Below are positions 57,970-64,000 of a DNA stretch of 64,000 nucleotides, one piece after another. The notes beneath the pieces were generated by a model. That model worked only from the letters and a program-made list of their open reading frames with translations. It had not been told where the DNA came from and did no database searches. Source of the DNA: a virus. The stretch lies in IMG/VR virus record IMGVR_UViG_3300010149_000016, positions 2,898-66,897 of that record; one strand, given 5' to 3'. A program made the translations under genes and the position numbers. Position 1 is the stretch's first letter, and each line of letters starts with the position of its first letter.

Positions 57970-58275
57970 ATGTTAATTGAAACACCATACGTTGTAGGCG
58001 ATGTAGTAAGTATTAAACTTTCTTCAGGTGAAGAAATGATCGCACGTTTAGAAGAAGAAAACGATAAAACAGCAATCGTATCAAAACCATACATTCTAAT
58101 TGCCGCCCAAAATGGGATGGCGTTAGCACCATATATGTTTACAGTTAGTCCAGATACTAAGATCAAATTAAAGATAAATAGTATTATATGCATAGTTAAA
58201 TCAGCAAAAGATGCTAGTGATATGTATATTAAACAAAGTACAGGATTAACAGTAGCAAATGCCTCAAGTACATAG
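57970..58275 (+). CDS. Sm-like fold phage protein
   Basis: IKLSSGEEMIA motif. Confidence 0.6.
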   Translation: MLIETPYVVGDVVSIKLSSGEEMIARLEEENDKTAIVSKPYILIAAQNGMALAPYMFTVSPDTKIKLKINSIICIVKSAKDASDMYIKQSTGLTVANASST

Positions 58276-58543
58276 AAACGGAGATTCAAGATTATGCGGT
58301 GCAAGTACAAATGCACAAGCATACCAGAATGTTCATGTTAATAACCAACCTATTAGCGTAGATGGTGATCCAAACAGCCATGGAGGCGGAAGCCTTGGTG
58401 CTATATGCAAAAATGTGTTTGTAGGTGGTAAACTAGTTGTACTTAATGGTAATCCAGCTGGAGCAGACAATCTCTGCCCTATTCCTCCACATTGTGGACC
58501 GGATGCTAGTTCAGGTAGTCCTGATGTGTACATAGGACAATAA
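58259..58543 (+). CDS. PAAR baseplate spike tip (gp5.4-like)
   Basis: HRNGD..CG, V.VN..P, SGSPDV. Confidence 0.8.
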   Translation: MPQVHRNGDSRLCGASTNAQAYQNVHVNNQPISVDGDPNSHGGGSLGAICKNVFVGGKLVVLNGNPAGADNLCPIPPHCGPDASSGSPDVYIGQ

Positions 58544-58545
58544 TA

Positions 58546-60126
58546 ATGGCAAACGATTTTGTAGATGGCTTAAAAGACGCAAGTGATTATATCAATAGGA
58601 CTACTGTTGATATTCCTACTGGTGCTGATATAGACCTAAATAATGGTACTATAACAGCTCAAACACAAGCGTACAGCTTGAAAGAAATCATTTGTAGTAT
58701 ATTGGCCGGAAACGGCATAAAACTCCCAAATTTGCAAATATGCTTAAAGGTTAATATAGGTAGACTAATACCTGAGATTCCTGCTGGTTTAGAAGATTTG
58801 AGAGATGCTTTACAAGAAGCAGAAAATGCACTTGACGATTTTATTGCACACACTAACATTGATAATGCACTAGGAAGATTAAATGCAGCCATAGCAGAAT
58901 TTGCGGCTATTGCTAATATGATTAACTTCTGTGGTACACCAGTTGTTCCACGTGCTATTCCAAATGTATTAAAAGACGCAATGGGAAGTTTCACAGGTGC
59001 AGGTAAAGATATATTAGATACATTAGGCCAAATGGCAGATAGCGATATTGGTGGATGTATTGGCACAGATGGTAAATTTAATCCAAACTTGTTTACAGGT
59101 GGATTGTTACAAAAGCTAGGAGCTCAATTTGATAACTTAGCTAATTTACCTGATGCAGTTAAAAATAACATTATTAGTGATTTAAACGCATTTAAGAATG
59201 ATATTTCTAACTTAATAGAATTTGAAAATAATTTTGCAGGAACAGAACCTGGTGGTCAAGGTGGTAGTATGTTTGCTCCACAAGAAAGAACTAACACAGG
59301 TGTTGGTGTTGCAGTTGACATGGATAACATGACACTAGCAAAAAGTCAACAGTATGCAAGTAATTTACAATCAACTTATAACAGCCTTAAAGGTTATGCA
59401 GTAGATGAAGATGGAAATAATATATTTCATTATCTATTAGAACCTGAAATGTTAAATAGATTAGAAAATGATGGTGATCCAACTGTACCATTATCTGAAA
59501 GAGAACCAATATACGATCATTGTAATAGAGTAATAGGTTACACTGAGCGTAATACACAAACAGTACAAACAACAAGTTCTGGAAGTCCTAGAATTCCACA
59601 AGAACAACCTGGTATGACAGGATTGTCAGAAACAGGAACAAAAGTAACATCACCTCCAGCAACAACTACAAACTTAAATGCAGAAACACCGGCAAGTAGT
59701 AATTCTTCAGGATCAGGTACAACTGGACCAACTGGCCCACAAGGCCCAACTGGCCCACAAGGACCAGCAGGACCAGCCGGTGCTAACGGAGTAGATGGAC
59801 AAAATGGTACAAATGGAGTAAATGGACAAGATGGTCAAGATGGTGCAACAGGACCACAAGGTGCAACAGGACCACAAGGTGCAACAGGACCACAAGGACC
59901 AACTGGTGCAACAGGTGCAACAGGTGCAACAGGACCAGCGGGTGCAACAGGACCAGCAGGAACACCAGGAACACCTGCTATTGCAGAAAATGGTACTACA
60001 TCACAAAGACCTAGTAGTCCAGTACCTGGGCAATTCTTTTTTAATACAGATACGGCTATGTTTGAAGGGTGGAATGGAACAACATGGGTACAGTTAGTAC
60101 CATCACAATTCCAACAAACCCCATAA
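58546..60126 (+). CDS. Virion protein with collagen-like insert
   Basis: 29 Gly-X-Y triplets; C-terminal GTT..RP...GQ..FNTD..FEG tail-fibre motif. Confidence 0.7.
   Translation: MANDFVDGLKDASDYINRTTVDIPTGADIDLNNGTITAQTQAYSLKEIICSILAGNGIKLPNLQICLKVNIGRLIPEIPAGLEDLRDALQEAENALDDFIAHTNIDNALGRLNAAIAEFAAIANMINFCGTPVVPRAIPNVLKDAMGSFTGAGKDILDTLGQMADSDIGGCIGTDGKFNPNLFTGGLLQKLGAQFDNLANLPDAVKNNIISDLNAFKNDISNLIEFENNFAGTEPGGQGGSMFAPQERTNTGVGVAVDMDNMTLAKSQQYASNLQSTYNSLKGYAVDEDGNNIFHYLLEPEMLNRLENDGDPTVPLSEREPIYDHCNRVIGYTERNTQTVQTTSSGSPRIPQEQPGMTGLSETGTKVTSPPATTTNLNAETPASSNSSGSGTTGPTGPQGPTGPQGPAGPAGANGVDGQNGTNGVNGQDGQDGATGPQGATGPQGATGPQGPTGATGATGATGPAGATGPAGTPGTPAIAENGTTSQRPSSPVPGQFFFNTDTAMFEGWNGTTWVQLVPSQFQQTP
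59716..59976 (+). repeat. Collagen Gly-X-Y repeat
   Basis: Includes GGTGCAACAGGACCACAA x3. Confidence 0.9.
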
Positions 60127-60181
60127 TTTACTAGAATCTTTAAATAATCTATAAAAAACACTAAAAAATAACATTTCTTGG

Positions 60182-60210
60182 TTGACAAAAGTTCATCTTA
60201 CTAGTATATT
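60182..60210 (+). promoter_or_regulatory. sigma70-type promoter
   Basis: TTGACA-17-TATATT; one TCTTACT half-site. Confidence 0.7.
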
Positions 60211-60267
60211 AGTAACTAATAGAAGTAAAAGTAAAGGCTAATAGAAATACAATTATGGTAAAAGAAT

Positions 60268-60546
60268 ATGAGAGCAACAGAATATAAAGACGGGGTGAAA
60301 CGCATAAAAGCAAAAATTGAAGTTCCAATGAGTGAACAAGATGTAAGTAATTATGTGATTAGTGCTCTTACTAGTAATGTTGTAGATTTAACAACTGTAC
60401 AGAAGCTTAACAAACGCGAATTGCTACAATTAGCAAAAGAAGAAGTTAAGATTAAAGGTACTACAGTAACTACTGAAAGCGTTGATAATGACACAAAAGT
60501 AATAGTAAGGAACTACGTAAAGCAGATGTTTCCGGAACTACAGTAA
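60268..60546 (+). CDS. Early hypothetical protein
   Basis: ORF behind sigma70 promoter. Confidence 0.65.
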   Translation: MRATEYKDGVKRIKAKIEVPMSEQDVSNYVISALTSNVVDLTTVQKLNKRELLQLAKEEVKIKGTTVTTESVDNDTKVIVRNYVKQMFPELQ

Positions 60547-60734
60547 TGGGTTCTGCATTTGACGATCTGTATACGGCTACACTAGAAGGACTTGATAAGT
60601 CCGAAATAATGGATATGTTATCAGAAATAAAACAAGAACCATTGTTAGATCCTTGGACAGATGATGTACAACAAAAAATTGGTGTAGATATACTACCAGT
60701 TCTTGTACAAGTAAAAGAATCAGTTTGTAGCTGA
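60546..60734 (+). CDS. Small hypothetical protein
   Basis: TAATG coupling. Confidence 0.55.
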   Translation: MGSAFDDLYTATLEGLDKSEIMDMLSEIKQEPLLDPWTDDVQQKIGVDILPVLVQVKESVCS

Positions 60735-60759
60735 TAAATAAAAGCGTACTTAATAATAC

Positions 60760-60835
60760 GCCGGCATAGCTCAGTTGGTAGAGCAACTGATTTGTAATCA
60801 GTAGGTCCGCAGTTCGAGTCTGTGTGTCGGCACCA
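60760..60835 (+). tRNA. tRNA-Thr(TGT)
   Basis: Cloverleaf, CTGA-TTTGTAA-TCAG anticodon arm, CCA. Confidence 0.95.
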
Positions 60836-60850
60836 TTACAGGAGTGAATA

Positions 60851-61039
60851 ATGGAAATTATTTGGCATTTACTACTAACAGTTTGTTCTGGTAGTACATG
60901 TATTGAACAAGATGTACAATGGTTTGAATCAAAGCCATCTTGTGAATCTATGCTTGTTCAACATGCACAACTACCTACAGACGGAGATTGGGATACAGTA
61001 GAATATATCTGTAAACCAGTTGGCTCTAAAGGAGTTTAA
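60851..61039 (+). CDS. Small Cys-containing exported/membrane-anchored protein
   Basis: SD AGGAG; hydrophobic N-terminus; 4 Cys. Confidence 0.65.
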   Translation: MEIIWHLLLTVCSGSTCIEQDVQWFESKPSCESMLVQHAQLPTDGDWDTVEYICKPVGSKGV

Positions 61040-61045
61040 ACTAAG

Positions 61046-61130
61046 GCCCTTGTGGTGGAATTGGTAGACACGCAGGTCTTAGGAACCTGTGTCGCAAGAC
61101 GTGAGAGTTCGAGTCTCTCCGAGGGCACCA
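61046..61130 (+). tRNA. tRNA-Leu(TAG)
   Basis: CAGGT-CTTAGGA-ACCTG arm, long variable arm, CCA. Confidence 0.95.
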
Positions 61131-61256
61131 ACAAAGAAGACTAAACAATAGGAGAAGGCAATAGGACTGCCGAGTTGAAAAAGACTTTATTAGGAAATAC
61201 AAAATTATAACAAGACTAAATATATAGAACAATAGGACTACACGAAAGGACATATA

Positions 61257-61460
61257 ATGAAAAAAGAATTACTAGAAGCATTAAAGAAGCATGCAGAAGG
61301 ACAAATCGCTAAACACAAAGCGAATGTCCTTGTGTATCTTAATCAGCCTGTAGGAATTGGTGAACATCCAGACGTCATGGAAGCAGTTGAAGAACAAATT
61401 GGTTTAATTGCAAAATATGATGATCACTTAGAAGTATTACATAAATACTTTAGTGAATAA
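61257..61460 (+). CDS. Small conserved phage protein
   Basis: VGIGEHPD motif; SD AAGGA. Confidence 0.75.
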   Translation: MKKELLEALKKHAEGQIAKHKANVLVYLNQPVGIGEHPDVMEAVEEQIGLIAKYDDHLEVLHKYFSE

Positions 61461-61466
61461 GATTTT

Positions 61467-61542
61467 GGGGCATTAGCTCAGTTGGGAGAGCGCCTGATTT
61501 GCATTCAGGAGGTCGTGGGTTCGACTCCCTCATGCTCCACCA
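61467..61542 (+). tRNA. tRNA-Ala(TGC)
   Basis: G3:U70 identity pair, TGC anticodon, CCA. Confidence 0.95.
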
Positions 61543-61564
61543 AAATTTAACGAGAATATTTTTT

Positions 61565-62449
61565 ATGAAAATAGCAATATATCAAGACAACTTAGGAAGT
61601 GCATCAGGGATACACTGGTGGCTTTCTCAAGAAATTAATGTAGGGCCAGAAGTATATTCATTTACTGATGGATATCTTAGACCTGCACACAACCACATTG
61701 GAGGCATAGTCATTGAAGACGGTATGCATCCACATCACAATTTGTATAATTCTACTTTTACAGAATTAGATAAAACTGAAAATACACTAATTGACCCATT
61801 TGCAAAAATGGAAGAAATGACAAAAGATTTTGATACTATTCTTTGGAGCAACTATAGTGGAAATCTAGCTAACCCAGATAATATTATTAAAGCAGATAAA
61901 ACTATTTTAGTTGATAATAGTATTGACGAGCAGTTATTTTTCTATATAACAAATTATGCATTTGCTTGGATTGAAACAGTTGATGATGTACATGAACAAA
62001 CTAAAGCATGGGCAGAAGAACATTCATCAATTGAAGGATGGAGTGAAGAATGGTATGGAAAATATCATGACGATTTTGTAAAAGCATGGGAAGATAAAAA
62101 ATTAAAATATATGTGGCAGTTAAATTTTGCACATCACGATTTAGCAGATAATTTAAATAAATACAATAACAAAGTTGTTATGTCTGATCCAGAAGATCAC
62201 GAAAGATTAATTACGCAAAAACGTGAAGAATTAACAAATGCAAAATCAGACGAGACATTATTTTCATATGCTAACAACGAAGTAAGTCACTTAGTAGTAG
62301 GTGATGAATGGTTTAATGAGCCAGCAGTTATTACAGATTATTTAGATATTATGAGCTCATTTAGATTGAAAAAGTTTTTACTCGATTACGTTAAAATGTA
62401 TAAACGTAAACGAGGTTTATATAATACAAAATTTACTAAATTATTATAG
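61565..62449 (+). CDS. Hypothetical protein
   Basis: Start moved to ATG 61565 (track start lies inside tRNA-Ala). Confidence 0.65.
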   Translation: MKIAIYQDNLGSASGIHWWLSQEINVGPEVYSFTDGYLRPAHNHIGGIVIEDGMHPHHNLYNSTFTELDKTENTLIDPFAKMEEMTKDFDTILWSNYSGNLANPDNIIKADKTILVDNSIDEQLFFYITNYAFAWIETVDDVHEQTKAWAEEHSSIEGWSEEWYGKYHDDFVKAWEDKKLKYMWQLNFAHHDLADNLNKYNNKVVMSDPEDHERLITQKREELTNAKSDETLFSYANNEVSHLVVGDEWFNEPAVITDYLDIMSSFRLKKFLLDYVKMYKRKRGLYNTKFTKLL

Positions 62450-62461
62450 GAGATATGCATT

Positions 62462-62866
62462 ATGGCATATTCAGAAAAAGTGTTAGATCACTATGAAAAC
62501 CCACGAAATGTTGGCAAATTTGATCCAAACGAAGAAGGCGTAGGTACAGGTATGGTAGGAGCACCAGCATGTGGAGATGTTATGCGTTTACAAATAAAAG
62601 TAAATGACAATGGTATCATTGAAGATGCAAAGTTTAAAACTTATGGGTGTGGTAGTGCTATTGCTAGTTCAAGTATGGTAACAACAATGCTTAAAGGTAG
62701 AACACTAGAACAAGCAAAAGAAATTAAAAATACACAAATAGTTGAAGAGCTTGCATTACCACCAGTTAAAATACATTGTAGTGTTTTAGCAGAAGATGCA
62801 ATCAAAGCAGCCATTAAAGATTATTCAGGTAAGCAGGAAATAAATGCTAAACCAGTTAGTATATAA
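62462..62866 (+). CDS. iscU: Fe-S cluster scaffold
   Basis: YSEKVLDHYENPRNVG, GAPACGD, GCGSAIAS, LPPVKIHCS. Confidence 0.97.
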   Translation: MAYSEKVLDHYENPRNVGKFDPNEEGVGTGMVGAPACGDVMRLQIKVNDNGIIEDAKFKTYGCGSAIASSSMVTTMLKGRTLEQAKEIKNTQIVEELALPPVKIHCSVLAEDAIKAAIKDYSGKQEINAKPVSI

Positions 62867-62881
62867 ATAGCATAGTATTAT

Positions 62882-62957
62882 TCCTCGATAGTTCAGTTGG
62901 TAGAACAACGGACTGTTAATCCGTATGTCGCTGGTTCGAGTCCAGCTCGAGGAGCCA
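62882..62957 (+). tRNA. tRNA-Asn(GTT)
   Basis: ACGGA-CTGTTAA-TCCGT, CCA. Confidence 0.95.
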
Positions 62958-62960
62958 AAC

Positions 62961-63050
62961 GGAAGGGTGGCAGAGCGGTTGAATGCACTGGTCTTGAAAA
63001 CCAGCAATGGGGCAACTCATTCGAGAGTTCGAATCTCTCCCCTTCCGCCA
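62961..63050 (+). tRNA. tRNA-Ser(TGA)
   Basis: CTGGT-CTTGAAA-ACCAG, long variable arm, CCA. Confidence 0.95.
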
Positions 63051-63078
63051 CGTATAAATACTACAAAGGAAATAATTT

Positions 63079-63534
63079 ATGAGAAACATATACATCTTAT
63101 TAGCACTATCGGCAGCACTTACAGTACTTCATTTACTATATTCTCCAGCAATAGCAAAAGAAATAGAAATGAAAGTATACGATTACGAAATAACTAGAGT
63201 AATTGATGGTGACACAGTAGCATTTAGAGCAGACTTCTTACCGGAACCTTTAAAACAAGAATTAAGTATTCGTGTGTATGGAGTTGACACACCTGAAAAA
63301 GGTTGGAGAGCTGAATGTGAAAGAGAAGCCGCTTGGGGAGAAAAAGCTTCACAGTTTACTAAAGATCAATTAAATGCATCAACAACATTACAAGTAGCTA
63401 TTGCTAAATGGGATAAGTTTGGTGGAAGAGTTTTAGGTGATATTATTATTGACGGCAAAAGTCTTAGATATATGCTTATTGAAAATGGCTTTGCTAGAGA
63501 ATATTACGGTGACAAAAAAGAATCTTGGTGTTGA
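63079..63534 (+). CDS. Thermonuclease (SNase-like) with N-terminal signal/TM
   Basis: RVIDGDT, IRVYGVDTPE, DKFGGR.LG; TATAAATA 63053-63060. Confidence 0.9.
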   Translation: MRNIYILLALSAALTVLHLLYSPAIAKEIEMKVYDYEITRVIDGDTVAFRADFLPEPLKQELSIRVYGVDTPEKGWRAECEREAAWGEKASQFTKDQLNASTTLQVAIAKWDKFGGRVLGDIIIDGKSLRYMLIENGFAREYYGDKKESWC

Positions 63535-63559
63535 CAAATACTTAAAGATAACTTATAAT
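63531..63559 (+). promoter_or_regulatory. Consensus sigma70 promoter for Asp-Glu-Met tRNAs
   Basis: TTGACA-17-TATAAT. Confidence 0.85.
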
Positions 63560-63571
63560 ACTAACTAATAA

Positions 63572-63648
<77 letters not shown>

Positions 63649-63651
63649 CAT

Positions 63652-63726
63652 GGTCCCTTCGTCTATCGGTTAGGACATCAGGTTTTCATCCTGAAAAGAG
63701 GAGTTCGATTCTCCTAGGGACTACCA
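63652..63726 (+). tRNA. tRNA-Glu(TTC)
   Basis: TCAGG-TTTTCAT-CCTGA, CCA. Confidence 0.92.
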
Positions 63727-63738
63727 CTTACACTAAGT

Positions 63739-63815
63739 GGCTCTGTAGCTCAGTTGGTTAGAGCATCCGACTCATATTCGGAAGGTCAGAAGTTCGAATC
63801 TTCTCAGAGCTACCA
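63739..63815 (+). tRNA. tRNA-Met(CAT), elongator type (Ile2 not excluded)
   Basis: TCCGA-CTCATAT-TCGGA, CCA; lacks initiator GGG/CCC anticodon stem. Confidence 0.85.
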
Positions 63816-63826
63816 TAAATAGCTAT

Positions 63827-64000
63827 ATGAAAATAAGATACTATAAAGACATTGATGGATTTCGTTGGTTAGGTTTTATTTTAGCTATGGCAAGTGCTTT
63901 TCTATTAAGTGGAGGGCAAGCAGAATTTCAATGGATAGGTTGGGGTATAGCCTGTTTTAGTTGTAGCATCTGGGTATATATGGGATATAAAGACAAAGAC
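63827..64000 (+). CDS. Membrane protein, truncated by window end
   Basis: MKIRYYKDIDGFRWLGFILAM...; leaderless late promoter 63814-63821. Confidence 0.65.
   Translation, partial: MKIRYYKDIDGFRWLGFILAMASAFLLSGGQAEFQWIGWGIACFSCSIWVYMGYKDKD

Noticed and set aside
413-60188. Numerous short antisense or alternate-frame ORFs in the track (e.g. 413..736, 34567..35022, 58659..59066, 59835..60188)
   Set aside because: Shadows of well-supported genes; no SD, promoter or recognisable motifs.
61499-61564. ORF start inside tRNA-Ala; also ORFs 61041..61253, 62825..63007, 62897..63082, 62925..63197
   Set aside because: They overlap clear tRNA genes; the real start is ATG 61565.
61046-63050. tRNAs with TAG and TGA triplets as possible suppressors or recoding signal
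   Set aside because: These are anticodons read 5'-3' (Leu CUA, Ser UCA); suppressors would have CTA/TCA. Core genes are uninterrupted in the standard code.

Overview
AT-rich segment of a large T4-superfamily (jumbo-like, probably aquatic) myovirus genome, almost all on the + strand. Core genes recognised from motifs: neck/tail completion (gp13, gp14, gp15, gp4), tail sheath and tube, terminase, gp32 SSB, UvsX/UvsY/UvsW, primase, helicase, clamp-loader-like subunit, exonuclease, dNMP kinase, NrdA/NrdB/glutaredoxin, PAAR spike and a collagen-repeat virion protein. There are eight tRNAs and host-like genes (sbmA, iscU, flavin halogenase). Many accessory modification enzymes (six 2OG-Fe(II) oxygenases, glycosyltransferases, SGNH-, sulfotransferase- and methyltransferase-like proteins) are interspersed. 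Two promoter classes are readable: sigma70 TTGACA-N17-TAnnnT and T4 late-type NNTAAATA. The most notable signals are: (1) a systematic leaderless-mRNA pattern, with ATG exactly at the predicted +1 for at least 8 genes across both promoter classes; (2) a 194-aa miniature DnaE-like polymerase keeping all catalytic motifs; (3) a repeated early promoter with an AGTAAGA-NN-TCTTACT operator flanking a wHTH gene; (4) an in-frame nested gene with its own promoter and SD; (5) a small-peptide plus modification-enzyme cassette; (6) unannotated translationally coupled micro-ORFs. All calls are from manual motif reading; no searches were run.
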